Assembly: GCA_019637755.1 (NCBI GenBank)
Contig: JAHBVC010000002.1
Span: 465,027-529,026 of the forward strand
DNA: 64,000 nucleotides
Source: Anaerolineales bacterium
GTDB lineage: Bacteria; Chloroflexota; Anaerolineae; Anaerolineales; UBA11579
Direction of reading: 5' to 3'
In this document: positions 17,895 through 25,931 of the stretch, piece after piece
How the letters are laid out: every line of letters starts with the position of its first letter
How positions within the stretch are numbered: position 1 is the stretch's first letter
Program-made: the position numbers and the translations under genes
Notes under the pieces: model-generated
Seen by the model: only the letters and a program-made list of their open reading frames with translations
Told to the model about the DNA's origin: nothing
Database searches by the model: none

Positions 17895-19391
17895 ATGGCT
17901 ACCAGCTACCTGGATAATTACTATGCCCGCCTGGGCATCCCGCGCGATGCCAGCCAGGATGAGATCCAGCGCGCCTACCGCCGCGCCGCCCGCCAATTCC
18001 ACCCCGATACCAACAAGCACACCGGCGCCAACGAGTTGTTCCTGCTGGTGCAGGAAGCTTTTGACACCCTGCAAGACCCACAAAAACGCCGTGAGTACGA
18101 CGCCACGCTGCCGGAAGATATTGACGCGCCGCCCGCGCTGATGGTGAACGCGCTGTACAGCCGCCCGCAGATCACGCCGGATGAGCCCGGCCAGGTGATC
18201 TATGTCTTGCTTGACCTCAAACCCAGCGCCAGCGAAGAAGAGCGCCGCCGCAAACCGCCGCTCAACGTTGCCCTGGTGTTGGACGTATCCACTTCGATGG
18301 CCGGGGCGCGCCTCGGCCAGGTGGTCAAGGCGGCCAGCCAGTTCGTTGAGCAATTGGGCGAGCACGACATCCTATCGCTGGTCACCTTCAATGATCGCGC
18401 CCAGGTGGTCATCCCCGCCCAGCCCGGGCTGGATATCCAACGCCTGCTCTCACGGCTGAGCACCCTGCAAGCCAGCGGTGGCACCGAGATCTATCAGGGC
18501 CTCAAGGCCGGCCTGCGCGAAGTGCTGCGCCACCAGCGCGCCAGTGCCGTCAATCACATCGTGCTGATCACCGATGGGCGCACCTACGGAGACGAAGCCG
18601 CCAGCCTGGCGCTGGCCGCCGATGCCGCCCACCAGGGCATCCCGATCAGCGCCATCGGCATTGGCGATGCGTGGAACGAAGAATTCATCGATCAATTGGT
18701 GGCGCGCGCCGGCGGCAGCAGCATGTACGCCGACAAAAGCGCCGAGATTCACACGCTGCTGGAACGCCGCCTGCACACCCTCAGCCTGAGCTACGCCAAC
18801 AACGTCAAGCTGAGCTACAGCAACACGCCGATGAGCCAGCTCAAGTATGTGTTTCGCCTCTCGCCGGATCTGGGCCCGGTGTCGCTGGAGCAGCCGATCT
18901 TCCTCGGCAACGTGCCCCAGAACGACAGCCTCAGCGTGCTCCTCGAGTTCGAGCTCGACAGCCGCGGCGCCGCAAGCGGCGAGCTTGTGCTGGCCGAGGG
19001 GCGCCTCAGCCTGGATGTGCCCAGCCGCCCCACGCCGTCCAACTCGGCGCGCTTCCGTTTGATGCGCCCGATCGCCGAACCGACCCAGCCCGAAGCGCCG
19101 CCGGCGACGCTGATCGGCGCGATTGGCAAGCTCTCGCTATACCGCATGCAGGAACACGCCCGCCAGGAACTGGAAAATGGCGACCCCGAAGGCGCCGCCA
19201 AGCGCATGCGCATGCTCGCCACCCGGCTGCTCTCGCAAGGCGAGCGCAGCCTGGCGCGCACGGTGCTGCTGGCCGCGGATGATTTAAAGGAGGGTGCCCC
19301 ACTGGGTGAGAAAGAGGGAAAACAGATAAAATACGGCACACGCGCCCTGGTGGATGACTTTGAAGGGCGCAAGAAACGAGGCCAAGCGTGA
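17895..19391 (+). CDS. J-domain (DnaJ-like) plus von Willebrand factor A domain protein
   Basis: N-terminus YYARLGIPRDASQDEIQRAYRRAARQFHPDTN (HPD motif). vWA MIDAS LVLDVSTSM followed by ASGGTEIY and LITDGRTYGDE. 498 aa. Confidence 0.85.
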   Translation: MATSYLDNYYARLGIPRDASQDEIQRAYRRAARQFHPDTNKHTGANELFLLVQEAFDTLQDPQKRREYDATLPEDIDAPPALMVNALYSRPQITPDEPGQVIYVLLDLKPSASEEERRRKPPLNVALVLDVSTSMAGARLGQVVKAASQFVEQLGEHDILSLVTFNDRAQVVIPAQPGLDIQRLLSRLSTLQASGGTEIYQGLKAGLREVLRHQRASAVNHIVLITDGRTYGDEAASLALAADAAHQGIPISAIGIGDAWNEEFIDQLVARAGGSSMYADKSAEIHTLLERRLHTLSLSYANNVKLSYSNTPMSQLKYVFRLSPDLGPVSLEQPIFLGNVPQNDSLSVLLEFELDSRGAASGELVLAEGRLSLDVPSRPTPSNSARFRLMRPIAEPTQPEAPPATLIGAIGKLSLYRMQEHARQELENGDPEGAAKRMRMLATRLLSQGERSLARTVLLAADDLKEGAPLGEKEGKQIKYGTRALVDDFEGRKKRGQA

Positions 19392-19897
19392 TCGTGGTAT
19401 GCCAAGGGTGCGGCAAGCAGCAGGAACAGGAAGCGTTGTTCTGCCCGGATTGCGGCACCAAGCTGATTTCAGAAGAGGGCTTGCGCACCATGCCCATGGA
19501 AAGCAGCCTGGGCGGGCTCACCACAACCCGCCTGCAAACCAGCGGCACCCTGATGCGCCCCAACGGCCCGGCGCGCCTCAATCTGCACATTATTCGCACC
19601 GGCCAGATCCTGCCGCTGGCCGGCCCCGGCGAGTTTATCGTCGGGCGGGTCAGCTCCGGCCAATCGATCCTGCCGGATGTGGACCTGGAGCCGTACGCCG
19701 CCTATGAATCCGGCGTTTCGCGCCTGCACGCCCGCATTCGCATCCAGGCCGAGGAGATCCTGATCACCGATCTTGGCTCCGCCAACGGCACCCGCCTGAA
19801 TAACGACAAGCTGGCCCCGCACCAGCCCTACTCCATCCAAAACAAGGATGTGCTGCGCTTTGGCCGCCTCAGCGTCCAGGCCCTCACCGGTGACTAA
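19388..19897 (+). CDS. Zinc-ribbon plus FHA domain protein
   Basis: CQGCGKQQEQEALFCPDCG, then FHA FIVGR..SRLHARI..ITDLGSANGTRLNN. The GTG start overlaps the upstream stop (GTGA). Confidence 0.85.
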   Translation: MIVVCQGCGKQQEQEALFCPDCGTKLISEEGLRTMPMESSLGGLTTTRLQTSGTLMRPNGPARLNLHIIRTGQILPLAGPGEFIVGRVSSGQSILPDVDLEPYAAYESGVSRLHARIRIQAEEILITDLGSANGTRLNNDKLAPHQPYSIQNKDVLRFGRLSVQALTGD

Positions 19898-19898
19898 G

Positions 19899-20141
19899 AT
19901 GCCGCATACTGTCCTGATCCATTTGCACAACGAAGACCCGGTGGTGGGCGAGATCGAAGAGCTGCCCGCGGCAGCGGATACGCTGCTGCGCGTGCAAAAC
20001 CCACGCAAGCGCGACGGCAAAGATTTGCACTACTTGCAGAGCGATGTGACCACGGTGTTCTGGCCGTGGAGCCGCATCAGCTTTATCGAGATCCTGCCCA
20101 CCGGCGGCGATGACGAGATCATTGGCTTTGTGAGGGAATAA
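19899..20141 (+). CDS. Hypothetical 80-aa protein, translationally coupled to the FHA gene
   Basis: The ATG lies 1 nt after the FHA stop. ORF 19848..20141 trimmed to MPHTVLIHLHNEDPVVGEIEELP. I recognise no family. Confidence 0.55.
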   Translation: MPHTVLIHLHNEDPVVGEIEELPAAADTLLRVQNPRKRDGKDLHYLQSDVTTVFWPWSRISFIEILPTGGDDEIIGFVRE

Positions 20142-20195
20142 CCTAAATCCACAGATACACACAGATGCAAAAACAGATGTATCCGATGTATCGGT

Positions 20196-20224
20196 TTGAA
20201 TATCTGCGTTCATCTGTGGATAAT
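20196..20224 (+). promoter_or_regulatory. Promoter TTGAAT-17 nt-GATAAT upstream of the response regulator, with ATCTG repeats inside the spacer
   Basis: Read directly. The -10 ends 13 nt before ATG 20238. Confidence 0.5.
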
Positions 20225-20237
20225 GCAATTTCTGACT

Positions 20238-20993
20238 ATGACTGAGACACAACTGACCAACAAACGTATCCTGGTGGTGGACGATGAAGAGCGCATTGTG
20301 CGCTTCATCCGCCTCAACCTGGAGCAAGACGGTTTCCAGGTGGAAGAAGCCTTCACCGGCAAAAAAGCCATGGACAAGCTGCGCCAGAGCATGCCCGATC
20401 TGGTGGTGCTGGACGTGATGCTGCCGGACATCGATGGCTTTGAAGTGTTGCGCCTGATCCGCGAGAACAACGACGTGCCCGTGATCATGCTCACCGCCAA
20501 ATCCGAAGAGGATGACCGCGTGCGCGGCCTGGAGCTGGGCGCCGATGACTACGTCACCAAGCCGTTCAGCCCGCGCGAGCTGGTGAGCCGCGTGCGCGCC
20601 GTGCTGCGCCGCACCGAGGCGCAACGCGGCAGCGAGGGCATCATCCAGGTGGATGAGCGCCTCAAGCTGGATTTCGATCGCCGCGAGGTGTGGGTGGACG
20701 GCAAGCTGGTGAAGCTGCGCCCCACCGAATACCGCCTGCTCTATCACCTGGTGCAGAATGCGGGCTGGGTGGTAACCCACGATCAGATTCTGGCCAAGGT
20801 ATGGGGCTACGAGTACCGCGACGAGCCGCACTACGTGCGCCTATACGTCAACTACTTGCGTGAGAAGCTGGAGAAGGACCCCGCCAACCCCAAGTACATC
20901 CTCACCGAACGCGGCGTTGGCTACCGCTTCGTGGACTTCAAGCGCCAACAGGAAGAGGCCAAGCCCGAGGCCAAGCGCAAGAAGAGTACCTAG
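20238..20993 (+). CDS. OmpR/PhoB-family response regulator (no adjacent histidine kinase)
   Basis: Receiver [25 protein letters not shown], then winged helix [18 protein letters not shown], then a lysine-rich tail. ORF trimmed to MTETQL. Confidence 0.9.
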   Translation: MTETQLTNKRILVVDDEERIVRFIRLNLEQDGFQVEEAFTGKKAMDKLRQSMPDLVVLDVMLPDIDGFEVLRLIRENNDVPVIMLTAKSEEDDRVRGLELGADDYVTKPFSPRELVSRVRAVLRRTEAQRGSEGIIQVDERLKLDFDRREVWVDGKLVKLRPTEYRLLYHLVQNAGWVVTHDQILAKVWGYEYRDEPHYVRLYVNYLREKLEKDPANPKYILTERGVGYRFVDFKRQQEEAKPEAKRKKST

Positions 20994-21019
20994 CGCTTCA
21001 CCGCTGCACCTGCCTGAAC

Positions 21020-21050
21020 GCTGCGCCTGTTTCCCGGCGCAGCTTTTTTT
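21020..21050 (+). terminator. Intrinsic terminator after the response regulator
   Basis: GCTGCGCC-TGTTTCCC-GGCGCAGC followed by TTTTTTT. Confidence 0.8.
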
Positions 21051-21148
21051 AACGATTTTCAGATCAAAATTTTGCGTTGGTTTAATTTTTGTTTCCTAAG
21101 ATGTCTTTGGCTGAACGCCAAAAAAAACATGTACAGGAGGCATGAATT

Positions 21149-21586
21149 ATGGCAAATCTTGTTCGCTGGGATCCCGTTCGGGAGCTAATGGATATGCGCC
21201 GTAGTTGGGATCGTCTCTTTGACGATAATTTCTTCACCCCCGTCACCCAGAACGGCCATGCCACTCCGCTGGTGGATCTCTACCAAACCGACCAGGACGT
21301 ACACGTCAAGGCGGTGCTGCCGGGTATAAAGCCCGAAGATGTCGATGTGCAGGTGCATGGCGATACGCTCACCATCCGTGCAGAAAGCCAGCACGAGGAA
21401 GAGCAGCAGGAGGCGACCTATCACCTGCGGGAACAGCGCTACGCCGCCTATGCCCGCTCGATCCTGCTGCCGGTGCCCGTAGTGGCCGAGAAGGCCCAGG
21501 CCGAAGTGAAGGATGGCATCTTGCACCTCACTCTGCCCAAGGCCGAAGCGGCCAAAGCCAAGACCATCAAAGTTAAGGCTAGCTAA
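21149..21586 (+). CDS. Hsp20/alpha-crystallin small heat-shock protein
   Basis: 145 aa with PLVDLYQTDQDVHVKAVLPGIKPEDVDVQVHGDTLTI..GILHLTLPK. AGGAGG RBS. Confidence 0.92.
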   Translation: MANLVRWDPVRELMDMRRSWDRLFDDNFFTPVTQNGHATPLVDLYQTDQDVHVKAVLPGIKPEDVDVQVHGDTLTIRAESQHEEEQQEATYHLREQRYAAYARSILLPVPVVAEKAQAEVKDGILHLTLPKAEAAKAKTIKVKAS

Positions 21587-21596
21587 GCTAGAAAGC

Positions 21597-21623
21597 AAAA
21601 CCCCGCCATCCGGCGGGGTTTTT
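21597..21623. terminator. Bidirectional intrinsic terminator (hsp20 / DUF971 gene)
   Basis: AAAACCCCGCC-ATCC-GGCGGGGTTTTT. Confidence 0.85.
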
Positions 21624-21627
21624 GTTG

Positions 21628-21981
21628 TTAGTGACCGCCTTGGGCAGCCTGCTTTTCCATTTCGTCGGCCAGGGCCAACAAATAGTGCCAGTTGTAGATG
21701 CCGTACTTGTGGCCGTCTTCCCACTCTACGTTGATGGCATAGTTGCCCACCGCCTCAATGCCCACCAAGCGCGTGGCGTTGGCGCTCATCAAGGGGATGA
21801 TGAAGACCCCCGGGTCCGGCTCGGGCTTCATGTTCTCATGGCCGCCCCGGCACTGTGCGCAGGGGCAGGCATTGCGCAACAACTCGAAGGGGTAGCTCAC
21901 CGCGCGGCCATTGTTCCACTCGATATTGAGCCGTGCGGCGGCGCGGTTGGCGGTGATGGATTTGGGGATGATTTCAGTCAT
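21628..21981 (-). CDS. DUF971 / gamma-butyrobetaine hydroxylase-like N-terminal domain protein
   Basis: LNIEWNNGRAVSYPFELLRNACPCAQC..VEWEDGHKYGIYNWHYL. ORF trimmed to MTEIIP. Confidence 0.7.
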   Translation of the reverse strand: MTEIIPKSITANRAAARLNIEWNNGRAVSYPFELLRNACPCAQCRGGHENMKPEPDPGVFIIPLMSANATRLVGIEAVGNYAINVEWEDGHKYGIYNWHYLLALADEMEKQAAQGGH

Positions 21982-22077
21982 GTGTGCTAGTGAACCGTGA
22001 GTAGTGATGAGTAAGCAGGCAAAGCATCTTCGCTGCCCACTGTCCACCTCTCACGAATCACTTCCTTTCTAGTCTAT

Positions 22078-22578
22078 TTATTCCTGTGGAACAACCACTT
22101 CAAGATAGGTACCGGCGGCCCAGCCGGCGCGGGCTGCATCCACCGGGGTCACGATGTACCACCAGGTCAGTCCGTCCACTTCGCGCGGGCCATCTTGTAC
22201 CACGAATACTTCGGCGTCATAGGCCAGGAACTGGATCGTGGTGGCCAGGCCGGGGGCGCTGCGAATGTTCAGCCCACGCCCCTCGGTGCCGATAATCTGC
22301 ACATACGCCCCCACCCCCATCTCGCCGCGTGCCGGCGGCTCGTAGACCGCCGTGGGCGTTGAGGTGGGCACCAGGGTGGCGCTGGGGGCCGGGGTATTGG
22401 TGGGGCCGGGGATCCAGGTCAGCGCCGCAGCGGGGGCTTCTACACGGCTGGCGGGCAGATAGAAGAACAGGCCCAGGGCAGCCAAGCTGCCGAGCAGCAG
22501 CGCCAGCGCCACGCCGGCCCACAGCACGCGCCGGGTGGCATAGGGCCGCAATCGCTGCAAGAGGGTTTGCCAGTCCAC
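22078..22578 (-). CDS. Membrane-anchored protein with a bacterial SH3-like domain
   Basis: One N-terminal TM segment, a Pro/Thr-rich linker, then GAYVQIIGTEGRGLNIRSAPG..WWYIV. GTG start. Confidence 0.6.
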   Translation of the reverse strand: MDWQTLLQRLRPYATRRVLWAGVALALLLGSLAALGLFFYLPASRVEAPAAALTWIPGPTNTPAPSATLVPTSTPTAVYEPPARGEMGVGAYVQIIGTEGRGLNIRSAPGLATTIQFLAYDAEVFVVQDGPREVDGLTWWYIVTPVDAARAGWAAGTYLEVVVPQE

Positions 22579-22705
22579 AGCGCCAAGGATACTACGTCCG
22601 CCCCGGCGCGTGTGCGCGAGCTATCCAGGCTGTTGGGCAGGCTGTGCTCTAACACGCAGCGGACGCCGCCGCACTATGCACCGTAACGAACCAGGCCCGG
22701 TACGA

Positions 22706-22711
22706 TAAAAT
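22706..22711 (+). promoter_or_regulatory. -10 box TAAAAT, 6 nt upstream of the kinase ATG
   Basis: TAAAAT-CGGTGC-ATG with no SD. Confidence 0.45.
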
Positions 22712-22717
22712 CGGTGC

Positions 22718-23740
22718 ATGGCTGAAACCGTATTGCTGAACAAGCGCTACCAATTGCAAGACTTCCTGGAAAAAGGCGGCATGGCCAGCGTCTATCGCGG
22801 CCGTGACCTGATGCTGGAGCGCGATGTGGCCATCAAGGTGCTGCGCGAGGATTATTCCAAAGACGCCGGCTTCCGCGAACGTTTCCGCCAGGAGGCCAAA
22901 GCCGCCGCCAACCTCAGCCATAGCAACATCGTCACCGTCTACGACTTCGGCTACGACGAGGAACGCTTGTTTATCGTCATGGAGTATGTGCCCGGCACCG
23001 ACTTGAATACGCTGATCAAGCAAAAACGGCTGTATTCGCTGGAGGAGGGCATTCCGATCGTGATCCAGGCCTGCAAAGGGCTGGGCTATGCCCACCGTGC
23101 CGGGCTGGTGCACTGCGACATCAAGCCGCACAATTTTCTGGTGACGCCGGATGGCCGCGTCAAGGTAACCGATTTCGGCATTGCGCGGGCGCTGGCCTCG
23201 ATCAACCCCAACGAAGCGCAAGAGGTGGTGTGGGGCTCGCCCCAGTACTTCGCCCCCGAGCAGGCCGGCGGCGGGCCGCCTTCGCCCGCCTCGGATGTCT
23301 ACAGCATGGGCGTGATCATGTACCTGATGTTCACCGGCCAGTTACCCTTCACCAGCAAGAGCCCTGAGGAGCTCGGCCGCCAGCACCGCTTTGAGCAGCC
23401 CATCCCCCCCAACCAGCTCAACCCGCGCATCCCCCCGGCGCTCAACGAGATCATGCTCAAAGTGCTGGCCAAGGAGCCCGCGGCGCGCTATCGCACCGCG
23501 GACCAGTTGGGGCGCGTGCTGCTAACCTTTGCCGCGCCACAAGTGGCTGCGCAAAGCCAGGCAGCCGATGCGCCCACCATTGGGGTGCCGCTGGCCGAAG
23601 CCGCCGCGCCCCCAAGCGGCGAGCAAAGCCCGACGGACTGGGTAGCGGTGGCCCTGGGGCTGCTGGCCGCGCTGGCCGTGGGCGGCCTGTTGCCGTTCTG
23701 GATGTGGGTCTATCTGGTCTATAACCCGCCGCTGCAATAA
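22718..23740 (+). CDS. Ser/Thr protein kinase with a C-terminal transmembrane anchor (PknB-like, no PASTA repeats)
   Basis: GGMASVYRG, AIKVL, HCDIKPHN, DFGIAR and SPQYFAPEQ, with a C-terminal hydrophobic segment. Confidence 0.9.
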   Translation: MAETVLLNKRYQLQDFLEKGGMASVYRGRDLMLERDVAIKVLREDYSKDAGFRERFRQEAKAAANLSHSNIVTVYDFGYDEERLFIVMEYVPGTDLNTLIKQKRLYSLEEGIPIVIQACKGLGYAHRAGLVHCDIKPHNFLVTPDGRVKVTDFGIARALASINPNEAQEVVWGSPQYFAPEQAGGGPPSPASDVYSMGVIMYLMFTGQLPFTSKSPEELGRQHRFEQPIPPNQLNPRIPPALNEIMLKVLAKEPAARYRTADQLGRVLLTFAAPQVAAQSQAADAPTIGVPLAEAAAPPSGEQSPTDWVAVALGLLAALAVGGLLPFWMWVYLVYNPPLQ

Positions 23741-24699
23741 TGTCTAAGACACGGACCAAAAGACAGCACTATGTTCCTCAATTCTGGCTTAGGAATTTTG
23801 CCATCTCTGGTCAAAAAGACAAAGTTTTTGTTTTTGACAAGAATGCAGAAGATGTCTACATAAGCAATGTAGGCAATGTGGCCTCTGAGCGAGATTTCTA
23901 CAATTTGGGTGCAGGTAAAGTCAGTATCTCGTTAGAACCCAGTTTAAGCGTCCTTGAAAGTAGGGCAAGTCAGATTCTCGAAAAAGTAACAAGAAGGAAG
24001 TCAGTCGGCATACTTTCTTCCAAAGAGAGAATCGCTTTTGCAGAGTTTATTGCTCTTCAAATGGCAAGGGGAACTCACACGAGACACAATCTTATATTCA
24101 TGAACAAACAACTCAAGTCAAAGATTAAACAAATGGGCTTCGACCCAGATAAAACAAAGGAGTTATTCAACAACGACCAAGATGCGAAAGAAATAGCAAT
24201 ACTATCTTTACCTTCCTTTATAGAGGATATCTCTCCTCATCTTTTAGACAAAACTTGGTGTTTGTTCGAAACCACCGAAACAAATCCCTTCTATTTTTCA
24301 GACAACCCAATTGCATTGCACAATGAGATAGACATGCGTCCATACGGCAATCTGGGGGTTGCTGTAAAAGGGATTGAAATCTACGTTCCACTTTCGAGTT
24401 CGTTGTTGTTAGCAATACTATGTCCTAGCCATTTAGAAGCAGTAGCACAAACTTATCAGGCGCTCTCTAAACTAGATTCAACTCAGGAAGATTACAGTTC
24501 TATTAGGCGCCTTTACTTTCACTTGCTGAGCGGCAATGCCCTTCAGGTCCACAGAGAAAATGTCAGCTTTTTAAATTCCCTCCAGACGCGTTATTCGGAA
24601 CGACAAATCTTTTCCTGTCTACAAAACTTTACTCTCGTAAAGACGATGCTTTCTAGAAATCCGATGTTTAAAACTGGTCCACGGATGAATTTCTCATAG
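23740..24699 (+). CDS. DUF4238-like protein encoded on a low-GC insertion
   Basis: 319 aa with N-terminal KRQHYVPQFWLRNF and internal FYFSDNPIAL, which I recognise as DUF4238 hallmarks. The ATG shares its A with the kinase TAA (TAATG). A 60-nt sample has about 42% GC against about 77% just upstream (hand count). Confidence 0.7.
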   Translation: MSKTRTKRQHYVPQFWLRNFAISGQKDKVFVFDKNAEDVYISNVGNVASERDFYNLGAGKVSISLEPSLSVLESRASQILEKVTRRKSVGILSSKERIAFAEFIALQMARGTHTRHNLIFMNKQLKSKIKQMGFDPDKTKELFNNDQDAKEIAILSLPSFIEDISPHLLDKTWCLFETTETNPFYFSDNPIALHNEIDMRPYGNLGVAVKGIEIYVPLSSSLLLAILCPSHLEAVAQTYQALSKLDSTQEDYSSIRRLYFHLLSGNALQVHRENVSFLNSLQTRYSERQIFSCLQNFTLVKTMLSRNPMFKTGPRMNFS

Positions 24700-24866
24700 C
24701 CCCGGATACATGTCTCTCCTTTTGCACATCACCCCCTATAGCCATGTGCCTATAAGAAGAAAACTCTCTCTCTGCCTATGAAATTGCATTCTCCCCACAA
24801 AGCTAGCAGACACTTGCTACTAAGCCTACGCGACAAGCCGAGACCGGCCCTCAGAAGTACCTCAGT

Positions 24867-24872
24867 TATAAT
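24867..24872 (+). promoter_or_regulatory. -10 box TATAAT, 6 nt upstream of rpe ATG
   Basis: TATAAT-TCTCCA-ATG with no SD. Confidence 0.5.
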
Positions 24873-24878
24873 TCTCCA

Positions 24879-25544
24879 ATGGCGTCTAAGCCAATCCTCG
24901 CCCCATCCATCCTGAGTGCAGATTTTGGCCATCTGGCTGAGCAAATCGCCACCGCCGAAGCGGCCGGCGCTGATTGGCTGCATATTGACGTGATGGATGG
25001 CCATTTTGTGCCGCCGATCACCATGGGCCAACTGGTGACGCAGGTGTGCAAAACGCACAGCCAATTGCCGCTGGACGTGCACCTGATGGTGCAGGCGCCG
25101 GACGGCATGCTGGCCTCGTTTGCCGCCGCCGGGGCAGATCACATCCATGTGCATGTGGAAGCCAGCCCTGACCCCGCCGCCAGCCTGCGCGCCATCCGCG
25201 CCCTGGGTTGCCGGGCCGGCCTGGCGCTCAACCCGCCCACCCCGGTCGAGGCGGTGCTGCCCTACCTGGCCGAGGCCGACATCATCCTGGTGATGAGCGT
25301 CAACCCTGGGCGTAGCGGGCAAGCCTTCATCCCGGAAAGCCTGGAGAAGATCGGCGCCCTGCAAGCGGCCATCCAGGCGCGCGGCCTAGCCACCCAGATC
25401 GAGCTGGACGGCGGCATCGACGCCAGCACCCTGCCGGCCTGCTATGCCGCCGGGGCGGCGGCCTTCGTCGCTGGCAACGCCATCTTCACCCACCCACAGG
25501 GCATCGCCGCCGGCCTTCAGGCGCTGCGCACCTCTCTTACCTAG
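24879..25544 (+). CDS. rpe: Ribulose-phosphate 3-epimerase
   Basis: ILAPSILSADFGHLAEQI..LHIDVMDGHFVPPIT..VMSVNPG. Confidence 0.95.
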   Translation: MASKPILAPSILSADFGHLAEQIATAEAAGADWLHIDVMDGHFVPPITMGQLVTQVCKTHSQLPLDVHLMVQAPDGMLASFAAAGADHIHVHVEASPDPAASLRAIRALGCRAGLALNPPTPVEAVLPYLAEADIILVMSVNPGRSGQAFIPESLEKIGALQAAIQARGLATQIELDGGIDASTLPACYAAGAAAFVAGNAIFTHPQGIAAGLQALRTSLT

Positions 25545-25545
25545 G

Positions 25546-25905
25546 ATGACAATGACTGCAGATAACACTCCCCGTGGCAGTATTCAGGTCTCGTCGCGCG
25601 CCGTCGCCACCATTGCCTACCAGGCCGCCGTGCAATCCTACGGCGTGGTGGGGCTGGCCGCCAAAAATTTTCTGGATGGCGTGAGCCACTTCATCGTCAA
25701 GGATCCCACCCACGGGATCGAAGTGAGCTATAGCGATGATGCCATTCATATTGATCTTTATATCGTGGTGGAATACGGCACCAACATCAAAACCATCGCC
25801 GCCAGCGTAGCGCAGAGCGTGCGCTTCAACGTGGAAAAGGCGCTGGGGCTGCCGATCCAGCATGTCAACGTGCATGTTCAGGGGCTGCGGTTCAGCGCAG
25901 ACTAA
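25546..25905 (+). CDS. Asp23/Gls24 (alkaline shock protein, YloU-like) family protein
   Basis: GSIQVSSRAVATIAYQAAVQSYGVVGL..IDLYIVVEYGTNI..VNVHVQGL. ORF trimmed to ATG 25546. Confidence 0.88.
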   Translation: MTMTADNTPRGSIQVSSRAVATIAYQAAVQSYGVVGLAAKNFLDGVSHFIVKDPTHGIEVSYSDDAIHIDLYIVVEYGTNIKTIAASVAQSVRFNVEKALGLPIQHVNVHVQGLRFSAD

Positions 25906-25931
25906 AATTCAACGAAGAAGCAGGTCTCAGC

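Noticed and set aside
21051-21148. Heat-shock control element (CIRCE, HAIR or ROSE-type thermometer) upstream of hsp20.
   Set aside because: There is no TTAGCACTC-N9-GAGTGCTAA or CTTGAGT-N7-ACTCAAG match. Possible pairing of UUUCCU with the AGGAGG RBS is too weak to claim. Only a weak TTCAGA-17 nt-TTTAAT promoter candidate is visible.
14894-23740. Whether the kinase/PP2C/FHA region and the second kinase form a horizontally acquired island.
   Set aside because: Composition and codon style look native (high GC, like the flanks), and no mobility genes or repeats bound the region. It is kept as a functional curiosity (see findings) but rejected as an island.
24218-24415. 65-aa minus-strand ORF inside the DUF4238-like gene.
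   Set aside because: It is antisense to a much longer ORF with recognisable family motifs, and it has no RBS.
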